Assembly: GCA_900617105.1 (NCBI GenBank)
Contig: UYFQ01000011.1
Location: forward strand, 1-64,000
Source: Hydrurus foetidus
Lineage: Eukaryota
Reading direction: 5' to 3'
Length of the DNA: 64,000 nt
The notes under the pieces are model-generated. The model ran no database searches, was not told where the DNA came from, and saw only the letters and a program-made list of their open reading frames with translations. Made by a program: the position numbers and the translations under genes. Numbering within the stretch: position 1 is the stretch's first letter; every line of letters begins with the position of its first letter. Of the stretch, positions 9,154-19,516 are shown piece after piece.

Positions 9154-11418
9154 ATGATTACCGAAGCACCCGCCGCGACACACTGGCCCAGTGAGCCATC
9201 GCCACGTTGGCGCGAAGGGCTGCAAACGCAGCTCCAAGCCCATGAAAACGTTCTTGCCGTACTGGAGGTTGACCTCGACACCCAAATGCGTTTTGCCTAC
9301 GGCCTGGTGGTGGTGACCAACCAGCGGTTGCTTAGCCGGGCAAGCGAAAGCGCCGCTTGGCAGAAGTGGGCCTACAGCCCTGGGTTGACGCTGGACCACC
9401 ACGACCACGCCGGGATTGGGCATTTGGACCTGAAGGATGCCAGTGGCCTACAGGCTACCTGGCGCTTTACGCTGGGGCAGAACCTATACGCCATCCGCCT
9501 GGTTGACCAGTTCGAGGCCCATCTGGAGAGCAGTATCAGCGGCCAGCCGCTGGCCCAGGCCTTCAAGAATGTGTGCCCCAGTTGCAAGGCGCCGCTGGAG
9601 CCGGACCAGGAAGAATGCCCGATCTGCACCAAGGTGATTCATACCCCGCCGTCCACCTGGACCCTGCTTCGGCTGTGGCGTTTTGCCCAGCCCTACCGCG
9701 GCCAACTGTTGCTCGGCTTCATGCTGATGCTGCTGAGCACGGCGGCCAGCCAGGTTCCGCCGTACCTGACCATTCCGCTGGTGGACAAGGTGCTGATTCC
9801 TTTTCAGAACGGGCAGTACATCGCGCCCAGCACGGTGGCCTGGTACTTATCGGGTCTGTTGGCATCAGGCCTGCTGGCCTGGGTGCTGAGCTGGGCCAAG
9901 ACCTATATCCTGGCCTTGGCGTCAGAACGCATTGCTGCGGACTTGCGCACCAACACCTACGAACACCTGTTGCGCCTGTCGCTGGAGTATTTTGGTGGCA
10001 AGCGCACTGGCGATTTGCTCTCCCGTGTGGGAAGCGAGAGTGACCGCATCGCGGTGTACCTGTCTTTGCACCTGACCGACTTCGCCAGTGATGTGGTGAT
10101 GATTGTGATGACCGCGGCCATTCTTTTCTCCATGAACCCCTGGCTCGCGCTGATCACACTGGTGCCGCTGCCCTTTATTGGCTGGATGATCCACTTTGTT
10201 CGCTACCGGCTGCGCACGGGGTTTGAGAAAATCGACCGGGTGTGGGGGGAGGTTACCAATGTGCTGGCCGACACCATACCCGGCATCCGCGTGGTCAAGG
10301 CCTTTGCCCAGGAGCAGCGTGAAGCCCAGCGTTTTCGCGACGCCAACAGGCACAACCTGATCGTCAACGATCGCATCAACAAGATATGGTCGCTGTTCTC
10401 GCCCAGCGTGTCCCTGCTAACAGAAATGGGTCTGCTGGTGGTGTGGGGCTTTGGCATCTGGCAGGTGGCCCATGGCGAAATTACGGTGGGGATGTTGCTC
10501 GCTGCCATTGCCTATATTGGCCGCTTCTATGGCCGGCTCGATTCCATGAGCCGAATCGTGTCGGTCACGCAAAAATCCGCCTCCGCCGCCAAGCGCATTT
10601 TTGACATCCTGGACCACGTGTCCAGCGTGCCAGAGCCGGTAAACCCTGTGCCCATGGGCACGGTGCAGGGCCGCATCGAGGTGCGTGATGTGGGCTTTCG
10701 CTACGGCAACCGCGAGGTCAACCGCGGCATCAACCTGAAGATTGCACCCGGTGAAATGATTGGCCTGGTGGGCCACAGCGGCTCGGGCAAGAGCACGCTG
10801 GTGAACCTGATCTGCCGCTTTTACGATGTGTCCGAAGGCGCCATCCTGGTGGACGGCGTGGACATACGTTCTTTTGCGATTTCGGATTACCGCCAGAACA
10901 TTGGCCTCGTGCTGCAAGAGCCGTTCTTGTTCTTCGGCACCATTGCCGACAACATCGCCTACGGCAAGCCGGACGCGACCCGCGCGCAGATCATTGCCGC
11001 CGCCCGTGCGGCCCATGCGCACGAGTTCATCTTGCGCCTGCCGCAGGGTTACGACTCCATGGTGGGCGAGCGCGGCCAGGGCCTGTCGGGCGGCGAGCGC
11101 CAGCGCATCTCGATTGCGCGCGCACTGCTGATCGACCCGCGCATTTTGATTCTGGACGAGGCCACCTCGTCGGTGGATTCCGAGACCGAAAAGGAAATTC
11201 AGAAGGCGCTGGAAAACCTGGTGAAGGGCCGCACCACCATCGCCATCGCGCACCGCTTGTCCACGCTGCACCGGGCCGACCGCCTGGTGGTGCTGGACCG
11301 CGGCAAGGTGGTCGAGGAAGGTACACACGACGCGCTGATGGCGGCCGAGGGCGCCTACTTCAACCTCTACCAGGCGCAGGCGCGCAATATGGACATCGAT
11401 ATGGATGACGCAAAATGA
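9154..11418 (+). CDS. Cyanophycin-locus ABC exporter (TMD+NBD) with N-terminal extension carrying a zinc ribbon
   Basis: CPSC..CPIC, TM helices, GHSGSGKST, LSGGERQR, LILDEATS, AHRLST. Confidence 0.9.
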   Translation: MITEAPAATHWPSEPSPRWREGLQTQLQAHENVLAVLEVDLDTQMRFAYGLVVVTNQRLLSRASESAAWQKWAYSPGLTLDHHDHAGIGHLDLKDASGLQATWRFTLGQNLYAIRLVDQFEAHLESSISGQPLAQAFKNVCPSCKAPLEPDQEECPICTKVIHTPPSTWTLLRLWRFAQPYRGQLLLGFMLMLLSTAASQVPPYLTIPLVDKVLIPFQNGQYIAPSTVAWYLSGLLASGLLAWVLSWAKTYILALASERIAADLRTNTYEHLLRLSLEYFGGKRTGDLLSRVGSESDRIAVYLSLHLTDFASDVVMIVMTAAILFSMNPWLALITLVPLPFIGWMIHFVRYRLRTGFEKIDRVWGEVTNVLADTIPGIRVVKAFAQEQREAQRFRDANRHNLIVNDRINKIWSLFSPSVSLLTEMGLLVVWGFGIWQVAHGEITVGMLLAAIAYIGRFYGRLDSMSRIVSVTQKSASAAKRIFDILDHVSSVPEPVNPVPMGTVQGRIEVRDVGFRYGNREVNRGINLKIAPGEMIGLVGHSGSGKSTLVNLICRFYDVSEGAILVDGVDIRSFAISDYRQNIGLVLQEPFLFFGTIADNIAYGKPDATRAQIIAAARAAHAHEFILRLPQGYDSMVGERGQGLSGGERQRISIARALLIDPRILILDEATSSVDSETEKEIQKALENLVKGRTTIAIAHRLSTLHRADRLVVLDRGKVVEEGTHDALMAAEGAYFNLYQAQARNMDIDMDDAK

Positions 11419-11906
11419 GTGCTTTGACTTCCATCACCACCACGCGCTTCAGCCTGGAGCGCACATCGTTTGGCAAGCTGGTGCTGACCAATGCAGTGGG
11501 CGAGCGCTTTGAAGGCGTGGTGCCCGTGCGCGCCTTCCCTATTCAGTCGCCCGACGACGGTATTTCTTTGGTCAGTACCGAAGGCAAGGAAGTGGCCTGG
11601 GTGGATCTGCTGGCCGAGGTGCCGGAGCCCGCGCAGGGCCTGATCCGGGCCGAGTTGGCCACGCGGGAGTTCATGCCGGTGATCGAGCGTATTGTGTCGG
11701 TCACGAGCTATTCCACCCCCTGCACCTGGGCCGTGAAGACGGACCGCGGCGATACCGAGTTTGTGTTGCGCGGCGACGAAGACATCCGCCGCATTGGCAA
11801 GGAACACGCGCTGCTGATTGCCGATGCGCATGGCATCCAGTACCTGGTGCGCGACCAGTTTGCGCTGGATGCGCATAGCAAGCGGGTGCTGGACCGGTTC
11901 TTGTAA
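11415..11906 (+). CDS. DUF1854-like protein
   Basis: PVRAFPI, REFMPVI, W.V.TDRG; 4-bp overlap with ABC gene. Confidence 0.78.
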   Translation: MSALTSITTTRFSLERTSFGKLVLTNAVGERFEGVVPVRAFPIQSPDDGISLVSTEGKEVAWVDLLAEVPEPAQGLIRAELATREFMPVIERIVSVTSYSTPCTWAVKTDRGDTEFVLRGDEDIRRIGKEHALLIADAHGIQYLVRDQFALDAHSKRVLDRFL

Positions 11907-11921
11907 ACCGGCCTGGAGGTT

Positions 11922-12746
11922 TTAGACCTCCAGGTTGTCGATGAGTCGCGTGGTACCCAGCCGCGCCGCGGCCAGCACCACCAACGCATCCCCCGCCTTT
12001 GGGGCCTGCAGGTCTGCCTGGCGGCGCACGGCCACGTAGTCAGGCAACCAGCCTGCGCTGCGCAGGGCGTTCATGCCTTCAGATTCCAAACGTGTCACAT
12101 CCTTGTCTCCACTGCGCAAGGCGATAGCGATTTTCTTCAGCGTCGCAGACAGCAGCAGGGCTTCTTCGCGCTGCGCCGGGCTCAGGTAGCCATTGCGGCT
12201 GGACAGGGCCAGGCCAGCTTCGTTTCGCTGGGTTTCGCCGCCCACCACATCGATGGGCAAGGCAAATTGCTTGACCATGTTGCGAATGACCATGAGCTGC
12301 TGGTAGTCCTTCTTGCCAAACAGCGCGGTGCGCGCCTGGGTGCAGGCCAGCAACTTCATCACCACGGTGCACACGCCGATGAAAAAGCCGGGGCGAAAGT
12401 GGCCTTCCAGAATGTCGGCTAGCTCGGTGGGCGGGTGCATCTTGAAGGTCTGCGGCTGCGGGTACAGCTCGGCCTCTTTGGGGGCAAACACGATGTCGCA
12501 GCCCGCGGCTTCGAGCTGGGCGCAGTCGGCCTCCAGCGTGCGCGGGTAGGTGTCAAAGTCTTCGTGCGGTGCGAACTGCAGGCGGTTCACAAAGATGGTG
12601 GAGACGGTCACGTCGCCCAGCGGCTTGGCCTGGCGCACCAGGGCCAGGTGGCCGGCATGCAGGTTGCCCATGGTGGGCACCACGGCAGGGTGGCGGTACT
12701 GGTTCAGGGCCGCGCGCAGGTCGGCAATGGTGTGGATCAGTTGCAT
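11922..12746 (-). CDS. panC: Pantoate--beta-alanine ligase
   Basis: [42 protein letters not shown]; start ATG 12746. Confidence 0.96.
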   Translation of the reverse strand: MQLIHTIADLRAALNQYRHPAVVPTMGNLHAGHLALVRQAKPLGDVTVSTIFVNRLQFAPHEDFDTYPRTLEADCAQLEAAGCDIVFAPKEAELYPQPQTFKMHPPTELADILEGHFRPGFFIGVCTVVMKLLACTQARTALFGKKDYQQLMVIRNMVKQFALPIDVVGGETQRNEAGLALSSRNGYLSPAQREEALLLSATLKKIAIALRSGDKDVTRLESEGMNALRSAGWLPDYVAVRRQADLQAPKAGDALVVLAAARLGTTRLIDNLEV

Positions 12747-12766
12747 AGGCGTATCAGCGTAAAAAC

Positions 12767-13660
12767 TTACCAGGCGTGGAGGGCGTCGTCGGGGAAGCTG
12801 CCGCTTTTGACGGCGGCCACATAGGCTTCCATGGCACCACGGATGCTGGTGGCGTCGGCCATAAAGTTGCGCACGAACTTGGGGTTCTTGCCCAGGTTCA
12901 CGCCCAGCATGTCGTGCAACACCAGCACCTGGCCCGCCGTGCCCTTGCCGGCACCAATGCCAATGGTGGCGCAGTGCGGCAGCTCCTGGGTCAGCTCGGC
13001 CGACAGCGGTGCGGGCACCATTTCCAGCACCACCATCGAAGCACCTGCTTCCTGCAGCGCCAGGGCCTGTTTCTTCATGAGCACGGAGGCCACGTCGCCC
13101 CGGCCCTGCACGCGGTAGCCGCCCAGGGCGTGCACGGTTTGCGGCGTCAGACCCAGGTGGGCGCACACCGGAATGCCGCGCTCCACCAAAAAGTGCACCA
13201 CCTCGGTGGTCCAGCCGCCGCCTTCAAGCTTGACCATGTGGGCACCTGCCTGCATGAGCACGCTGGCGCTGCGGATGGCTTGTTCTTTCGATTCCTGGTA
13301 GCTGCCAAACGGCAGGTCGCCAATCAGCCAGGCCGTGCCTTGCGAGCGGCGCAGGCCGCGGGCCACGCTGGCCATGTGGTAGGCCATGTCTTCCAGCGTC
13401 ACGCCCACGGTGCTGTGCAGGCCCTGGCAGACCATGCCCAGCGAGTCGCCCACCAGAATGCACTCCACGCCTGCGGCATCGGCTACGGCCGCAAAAGTGG
13501 CGTCGTAGGCGGTGAGCATGGTGATTTTTTCACCCCGGCTGTGCATCTCCAGAATGCGCGGCAGGCTGATGGGCTTACGGGTGGCCAGCGGCGAGGCCGG
13601 GGGCAGCGTGCCATACGGCGAAGCAGCGGCGGAAGCATTACCAACAGGTTCTTGGGCCAT
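12767..13660 (-). CDS. panB: 3-methyl-2-oxobutanoate hydroxymethyltransferase
   Basis: [42 protein letters not shown]; start uncertain. Confidence 0.95.
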   Translation of the reverse strand: MAQEPVGNASAAASPYGTLPPASPLATRKPISLPRILEMHSRGEKITMLTAYDATFAAVADAAGVECILVGDSLGMVCQGLHSTVGVTLEDMAYHMASVARGLRRSQGTAWLIGDLPFGSYQESKEQAIRSASVLMQAGAHMVKLEGGGWTTEVVHFLVERGIPVCAHLGLTPQTVHALGGYRVQGRGDVASVLMKKQALALQEAGASMVVLEMVPAPLSAELTQELPHCATIGIGAGKGTAGQVLVLHDMLGVNLGKNPKFVRNFMADATSIRGAMEAYVAAVKSGSFPDDALHAW

Positions 13661-13744
13661 GGGCAGAGACTCCTTCAACGGGGGTTTGGGCGGGATGCGG
13701 GGCCGATACTAACCGCAAGCGGGCGTATCGTTGATGGGCACCCG

Positions 13745-14593
13745 TCAAGCAGGGGAATAGGCCAGGCGCACGTAGATCGGCGCAAATACCTCGGCCTGGG
13801 TGATCTCGATCAGGGTCTCTTTGGCCAACTCCAGCATGGCAATGAAGGTCACCACCAGTACCGGTACGCCGTGGCTGGGGTCGAACAGGTCTTCAAAGCC
13901 CACAAAGCGGCGGCCCTGCAGGCGCTTGAGCACCATGCTCATGTGCTCGCGCACCGAGAGTTCTTCGCGGCTGATCCTGTGGTGTTGCACCAAACGGGCG
14001 CGTTTGAGAATGTCGCGCCAGGCCTCTTGCAGGTCGACCAGGTGCACATCGGGAAAACGCGGTTGCAGGCTTTGTTCGATAAACACCTCGGCTTTGAGAA
14101 AGTCGCGGCCAAACTGGGGAATGGCGTTGAGGCGGGCCGCTGCCAGCTTCATTTGCTCGTATTCCAGCAGGCGGCGCACCAGCTCGGCGCGCGGGTCTTC
14201 GGCCTCTTCGCCTTCTGCCACCTTCTTGGGCGGCAGCAGCATGCGCGATTTGATCTCGATCAACATCGCCGCCATCAGCAGGTATTCGGCCGCCAGCTCC
14301 AGGTTGTGCTTGCGGATCTGGTCCACGTAGACCAAGTACTGTTTGGTCACGCTGAGCATGGGGATGTCCAGAATATTGAAATTCTGCTTGCGGATCAGGT
14401 AGAGCAACAAGTCCAGCGGGCCCTCAAAGGCCTCCAGGAACACCTCCAGCGCGTCCGGCGGGATGTACAAATCCTGCGGCATGGCAAACAGGGGCTCGCC
14501 ATACAGGCGCGCCAGCGCCACCCGGTCTACCACCTCGGGCATGACCGCCAGGGCGCCCGTGTCCGAGCCGCTATCCGCAGGGGTGGTACTCAT
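13745..14593 (-). CDS. scpA: Segregation and condensation protein A
   Basis: FEGPLDLLLYLIR, AAEYLLMAAMLIEIKSRMLLP, VVTFIAMLEL. Confidence 0.95.
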   Translation of the reverse strand: MSTTPADSGSDTGALAVMPEVVDRVALARLYGEPLFAMPQDLYIPPDALEVFLEAFEGPLDLLLYLIRKQNFNILDIPMLSVTKQYLVYVDQIRKHNLELAAEYLLMAAMLIEIKSRMLLPPKKVAEGEEAEDPRAELVRRLLEYEQMKLAAARLNAIPQFGRDFLKAEVFIEQSLQPRFPDVHLVDLQEAWRDILKRARLVQHHRISREELSVREHMSMVLKRLQGRRFVGFEDLFDPSHGVPVLVVTFIAMLELAKETLIEITQAEVFAPIYVRLAYSPA

Positions 14594-14598
14594 GATTC

Positions 14599-14653
14599 GC
14601 TATTGATTTGAGAGCTGCCGGCGCAATGTTGACGCGGGCTAGAGGCCAATTTG
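14599..14653 (-). repeat. Dispersed repeat family A, copy 2 (intergenic)
   Basis: Minus strand AAATTGGCCTCTAGCCCGCGTCAACATTGCGCCGGCAGCTCTCAAATCAATAGC. Confidence 0.85.
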
Positions 14654-14657
14654 ATGC

Positions 14658-14864
14658 CTATTTGGCGTCAGTCTGGTAGACGTAGGGCTGTTGCTCCACG
14701 CGGGCCTCGTCGTATTCCTTCACCGCATTGCGGTCGATCTTCTTGTCCCACAGCAGGGCGCGGCCCTGGCGTTGCTCGGCTTCCAGCGTCGGCTTGTCCG
14801 TCTTGAGATGGTCAATGAACTGGGTGGCTTCGGATTGGTAATCGGGGCGGCGGAAAATGCTCAT
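14658..14864 (-). CDS. DUF3460 family small protein
   Basis: YQSEATQFI..LK..KP.LE.EQRQGRALLWDK...V.QQPYVY. Confidence 0.8.
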   Translation of the reverse strand: MSIFRRPDYQSEATQFIDHLKTDKPTLEAEQRQGRALLWDKKIDRNAVKEYDEARVEQQPYVYQTDAK

Positions 14865-14954
14865 GGGGGTGTCCTCGTTGTGTCCATTTTAGCGGGCGGG
14901 TTGCCCGCACGAAGCCCTGACCGCCCCGCCCAATGCCGTTATCCTTGGCTCCCT

Positions 14955-15824
14955 ATGACCTATTTCGACTTTTCCCCCGCCGAGATTGCCACCCTGGCCC
15001 AGGCCGATGTGGCCCGTGCCCTGCTGGAAGACGTGGGGGCCGGCGACCTGACAGCTGCTCTGGTGGACCCCACGCGCCGTGGCCGCGCCCGCGTTCTGGC
15101 GCGCGAGTCCGCCGTTATTTGCGGCGAAGCCTGGGCAACGGCGGCCGTGCGGGCGCTGGACCCCGGCGCGGCCATCGTCTGGCATGTGCGCGAAGGCCAG
15201 CGCTGCCATGGCGACCAGGTGGTGATGGAGATCGAAGGCAACGCCCAGGCGCTGCTGACGGCCGAACGCACCGCGCTGAACTTTTTGCAGCTGCTGAGCG
15301 CCGTGGCGACCAAGACCGCCACCTTTGTCAGCGCCGTGAACAGCGTGCCCGGCAACCGCGCCGCCATTGTGGACACACGCAAGACCCTCCCCGGCTTGCG
15401 CCTGGCGCAAAAGTACGCGGTGCGCGCCGGCGGCGGCACCAACCACCGTATCGGCCTGTTTGACGCGGTGCTGATCAAGGAGAACCACATCGCCGCGGCC
15501 GGTGGCGTGACCGCCGCGCTGCAACGCGCCGTGCAACTGGCCCAAAGCGCCAAGTTCATTGAGGTGGAAGTGGAAACGCTGGACCAGCTGCGCGAGGCGC
15601 TGGACTGTGGCGCCAAGATGGTGCTGCTGGACAACATGACGCTGGCCCACCTGGTGCAGGCCGTGGCCATCAACGCCGGGCGCGCGATTCTGGAAGTCTC
15701 GGGCGGTGTGAATCTGGACACTGTGCGCGCCATTGCCGCCACCGGCGTGGACCGCATCTCCATCGGCGCCCTGACCAAGGACGTGAAGGCCACCGATTTC
15801 TCCATGCGCTTTGAGGAGCTGTGA
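14955..15824 (+). CDS. nadC: Nicotinate-nucleotide diphosphorylase (quinolinate PRTase)
   Basis: [42 protein letters not shown]; start ATG 14955. Confidence 0.96.
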   Translation: MTYFDFSPAEIATLAQADVARALLEDVGAGDLTAALVDPTRRGRARVLARESAVICGEAWATAAVRALDPGAAIVWHVREGQRCHGDQVVMEIEGNAQALLTAERTALNFLQLLSAVATKTATFVSAVNSVPGNRAAIVDTRKTLPGLRLAQKYAVRAGGGTNHRIGLFDAVLIKENHIAAAGGVTAALQRAVQLAQSAKFIEVEVETLDQLREALDCGAKMVLLDNMTLAHLVQAVAINAGRAILEVSGGVNLDTVRAIAATGVDRISIGALTKDVKATDFSMRFEEL

Positions 15825-16927
15825 TGTCTGCAACCGATGTGATCGACGTCGAATACGAGCAGCCCGCCTGTAGCACCCAGCATGCGTGGGCCCGCGTGCC
15901 CGTGGAACCCACGCCGACGCAGCGCGTGGCGCTGAAAGACACAATCCGCCGCTTGCTGAAAGAAAAGAACGCGGTCATGGTGTCGCACTACTACGTGCAC
16001 CCTGACCTGCAAGATTTGGCGGAAGAGACCGGTGGACTGGTCAGCGATTCGCTGGAGATGGCCCGCTTTGGCCGCGACCACAGCGCGCAGACGCTGGTGG
16101 TGTCGGGCGTGAAGTTCATGGGCGAGACCAGCAAGATTTTGTCGCCGCACAAGACCGTGCTGATGCCCGACCTGGACGCCACCTGCTCGCTGGACCTGGG
16201 CTGCCCGATCAAAGAGTTCAACGCCTTTTGCGATGCGCACCCGGACCGCACCGTGGTGGTTTACGCCAACACCAGTGCCGAGGTAAAAGCCCGCGCCGAC
16301 TGGCTGGTGACCAGCAGCTGCGCGCTGGACATCGTCCGCGCGCTCAAGGACAAAGGCCAGAAGATTCTGTGGGCGCCCGACAAGCACCTGGGTGGCTACA
16401 TTCAGCGCGAGACCGGTGCCGACATGGTGTTCTGGGAAGGCGCCTGCATCGTGCACGACGAGTTCAAGGCCTTTGAGCTCGAAGCGTTGATGAAAGAGCA
16501 CCCCCACGCCAAGGTGCTGGTGCACCCCGAATCCCCGCAAGACATCGTCGCCCTGGCCCATGCCGTGGGCTCCACCAGCGGCATTCTCAAAGCCGCGCAA
16601 ACCTTGGACGCCACTGAATTCATCGTCGCCACCGACAACGGCATGCTGCACAAGCTGCGTACGCTGAACCCCGGCAAGACCTTTATCGAAGCCCCCACGG
16701 CCGGCAACAGCGCCACTTGCAAAAGCTGCGCCCACTGCCCCTGGATGGCCATGAATGGCCTGGCCGGTGTGGCCCATGTGCTGGAGCATGGAACCAACCA
16801 GATCCATGTGAACCCCGCACTGGGCGAACGCGCCCGCTTGCCGATTGACCGCATGCTGGCCTTTACCGCGGCGCTGAAGAACGGGCAAGCCGTGAGCGGC
16901 CTGATTCCGAATATTGGCGCGGCCTGA
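15824..16927 (+). CDS. nadA: Quinolinate synthase
   Basis: [30 protein letters not shown]. Confidence 0.96.
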   Translation: MSATDVIDVEYEQPACSTQHAWARVPVEPTPTQRVALKDTIRRLLKEKNAVMVSHYYVHPDLQDLAEETGGLVSDSLEMARFGRDHSAQTLVVSGVKFMGETSKILSPHKTVLMPDLDATCSLDLGCPIKEFNAFCDAHPDRTVVVYANTSAEVKARADWLVTSSCALDIVRALKDKGQKILWAPDKHLGGYIQRETGADMVFWEGACIVHDEFKAFELEALMKEHPHAKVLVHPESPQDIVALAHAVGSTSGILKAAQTLDATEFIVATDNGMLHKLRTLNPGKTFIEAPTAGNSATCKSCAHCPWMAMNGLAGVAHVLEHGTNQIHVNPALGERARLPIDRMLAFTAALKNGQAVSGLIPNIGAA

Positions 16928-16942
16928 ACCGAGCATCTGCCC

Positions 16943-17383
16943 GTGCGCATTCTTTTCATCACGCTGGTGGCATGGCTGGCGACGGCAACCCTGGCCAGCA
17001 CGGCACTGCCGCAAGAAGGCGATGGCAACCGGCTGCTGGTGGGGCGTTGGACCTGGACACGGCCTGACGTTGCCTGCACCGAGGTGTATGACTACCGCGC
17101 CGATGGCACCTACAGCGCGCTCAGCGGCGCAGAGAAGACGGACAGCCGCTACACCATCGCCGCCAAGCCCACGGCCCAGGGCTTTTACCGGCTGGACGCC
17201 CAGGTGGTGAAAGACTACGGCGGCCAGGACTGTGCCCAGTCCAGCAGCGACGATACGGGGCTCAGCTTCACTAACTACCTGCTCTTTTCGCCGTCTGGGC
17301 GCCAGTACTGGGCCTGCTACAGCGAATCAAAGGACGACTGCTTCGGCCCGCTCAACCGTGTGGACGCTGACAAGACGAAATAG
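16943..17383 (+). CDS. Hypothetical exported protein with 4 Cys
   Basis: Signal-peptide-like N-terminus, LVGRW motif, coding-like codon usage. Confidence 0.7.
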   Translation: MRILFITLVAWLATATLASTALPQEGDGNRLLVGRWTWTRPDVACTEVYDYRADGTYSALSGAEKTDSRYTIAAKPTAQGFYRLDAQVVKDYGGQDCAQSSSDDTGLSFTNYLLFSPSGRQYWACYSESKDDCFGPLNRVDADKTK

Positions 17384-17440
17384 CCGGGTACCCCCAGCCG
17401 GTGCTTGGGCATTCGCAGTCGGTTAATCTTGCTCCTTTAA

Positions 17441-17488
17441 GCCCCTGGCCCTCGTATCCATTGCGCGGCTAGCTATCAAATTCAGAGC
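17441..17488 (+). repeat. Dispersed repeat family A, copy 3 (just upstream of GST RBS)
   Basis: GCCCCTGGCCCTCGTATCCATTGCGCGGCTAGCTATCAAATTCAGAGC. Confidence 0.75.
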
Positions 17489-17501
17489 AAAAGGAGACGC
17501 C

Positions 17502-18200
17502 ATGACCGATCTGTCCACATTCCCCATCACCGCCAAGTGGCCCGCCCAGCACCCGGAGCGCCTGCAGCTGTACTCGCTGCCCACGCCCAATGGCGTGAAG
17601 GTGAGCATTGCGCTGGAAGAGCTGGGCTTGGCCTACGAGCCGCACCTGGTGAGCTTCCAGACCAACGACCAGCTCACGCCCGAATTCATCTCGCTGAACC
17701 CCAACAACAAGATCCCCGCCATCATTGACCCCAATGGGCCCGGCGGCCAGCCGCTGGCCTTGTTTGAGTCCGGCGCCATCTTGATCTACCTGGCCGAGAA
17801 GACCGGGCAGCTCATGTCCACAGACGCTGCCAAGCGCTACGAGACTATCCAGTGGGTGATGTTCCAGATGGGCGGCATCGGCCCCATGTTTGGCCAGCTG
17901 GGCTTTTTCCACAAATTCGCCGGCAAAGATTTTGAAGACAAGCGCCCGCGTGACCGCTATGTGGACGAAAGCAAACGCCTGCTGGGTGTGCTGAATCGCC
18001 ACCTGCAGGGTCGCGACTGGATCATGGGCGCGGACTACAGCATTGCCGACATTGCCACTTTCCCCTGGGTGCGCAACCTGATTGGCTTCTACGGCGCGGG
18101 CGACCTGGTCGGCTTTGCCGACTTTCCGGAAGTGGCGCGGGTGCTGGCGGCCTTTGTGGCGCGGCCCGCCGTGATCAAGGGCCTGACGATTCCGTCTTAA
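17502..18200 (+). CDS. Glutathione S-transferase (YfcG/Nu-class-like)
   Basis: TPNGVKV, NPNNKIPAI, FESGAIL, QMGGIGPMFGQ, YSIADIA; AAGGAG RBS. Confidence 0.92.
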   Translation: MTDLSTFPITAKWPAQHPERLQLYSLPTPNGVKVSIALEELGLAYEPHLVSFQTNDQLTPEFISLNPNNKIPAIIDPNGPGGQPLALFESGAILIYLAEKTGQLMSTDAAKRYETIQWVMFQMGGIGPMFGQLGFFHKFAGKDFEDKRPRDRYVDESKRLLGVLNRHLQGRDWIMGADYSIADIATFPWVRNLIGFYGAGDLVGFADFPEVARVLAAFVARPAVIKGLTIPS

Positions 18201-18263
18201 CTCAGGCATCATGGCGGTGCAGGGAGGCGGTGGGCCCATCCACCGAGCTGCGGAAAGGTTGCT

Positions 18264-19502
18264 GTGAGTTCATCAGAAGCAGAGACATCTGAGGTTTCGA
18301 GTTTTTCCATTGCCAGACAGCACATCGTGGACGCTGACAAGTCCATCGTGGGCTACGAGCTGTTCAACCGAACCCAGGGCGAGCGCGACCATACGCTGGC
18401 CAGCGATGTGTCGCTGGTGCTCAACGTCATGGCGCAAAGCGGCACCAAACTGGTCAATGGCCAGGCCGACCTGTTCCTCAACGCCACGCACGAGAGCCTG
18501 ACTGGCTCGCACTGGGATTTTCTGGTGCCCCAGCGCACCATCATCGAAGTGCCGCCCGTGGCGCAGCACGACCCCGCCGCCATTGAAGAGTCCCGCCTTA
18601 AGCTGATGACGCTTCGCAAGCGCGGTTTTCGGTTGGCCTTCAGCCACACGGTGGTGGCGCCCATCTACAAGTCGTGGCAGGGCATTGCCGACTTTGTGAA
18701 GGTGGACGTGCGCGCTATTGACCCCGCCAAACTCAAACCTCTGCTGGACGCCATCCAGAACCGCACCGGCGCCATTGCCGTGGCCGAGAAGGTGGAGAGC
18801 GCCGCCCAGTTTGAAATCTACAAAGACATGGGTTTCCATTTCTTCCAGGGCTACTGGTTCTCGCGCCCCGAGCTTGTGAAGACCCAGGTGGTGAGCCCCA
18901 GCCAGGCCAGTGCGGTCAACCTCTTTAGCAAGCTGCGCAACGACGCTGAGCTGGAAGACGTGGAGCTGGCCATCAAAAAGGACGCTGCGCTGGGCTACAA
19001 CCTGCTGCGCCTCATCAACTCCGCGGGCCTGGGCCTGCGCACCAAGATCACCTCTATTCGTCAGGCTGTCATGCTGCTGGGCAATGAGCGCCTGCAGCGC
19101 TGGGCCGCCATGTTGATGACAGCGGGCGTGGATGGCAAGCCCACCCTGGCCGGCAACATGGCCGTGGTTCGCGGCAAGATGATGGAATTGTTGGGTGCCA
19201 AGACGCTGTCAGCCGAAGAGCAGGAAGAGGCCTTCCTGATCGGCCTGTTCTCCTTGCTGGACCGCATGCTGGGCTGCCCGCTGGCTGAGGCCGTATCCAT
19301 GCTGGGGCTGGACGGCGCCATCACCGAGGCGCTGCTCAAAGGCACCGGCAAGTACACGGATCTGCTGGCCATGGCCATTGCCTGCGAGATGGACGACGCC
19401 ACCGTGTTTGCCGATGCCGCGCAGCGCTTGGACCTGTCGTACCGCGAGATCAACGTGGCGCAGATGGAAGCCATCGTCTGGGCGGACGCGGTCTACCAAT
19501 AA
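18264..19502 (+). CDS. EAL-like plus HDOD domain protein (YuxH/PdeH-like)
   Basis: ARQHI, GYELFNR, AEKVE, FQGYWFSRP, LLRLINSA, GLFSLLD. Confidence 0.85.
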   Translation: MSSSEAETSEVSSFSIARQHIVDADKSIVGYELFNRTQGERDHTLASDVSLVLNVMAQSGTKLVNGQADLFLNATHESLTGSHWDFLVPQRTIIEVPPVAQHDPAAIEESRLKLMTLRKRGFRLAFSHTVVAPIYKSWQGIADFVKVDVRAIDPAKLKPLLDAIQNRTGAIAVAEKVESAAQFEIYKDMGFHFFQGYWFSRPELVKTQVVSPSQASAVNLFSKLRNDAELEDVELAIKKDAALGYNLLRLINSAGLGLRTKITSIRQAVMLLGNERLQRWAAMLMTAGVDGKPTLAGNMAVVRGKMMELLGAKTLSAEEQEEAFLIGLFSLLDRMLGCPLAEAVSMLGLDGAITEALLKGTGKYTDLLAMAIACEMDDATVFADAAQRLDLSYREINVAQMEAIVWADAVYQ

Positions 19503-19516
19503 ATCAAAAAAGCCCC

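Noticed and set aside
8971..9423. N-terminal extension of the 875-aa cphA ORF (similar extensions on panC, nadC, nitroreductase)
   Set aside because: Overlaps neighbouring genes; family similarity begins at downstream ATGs.
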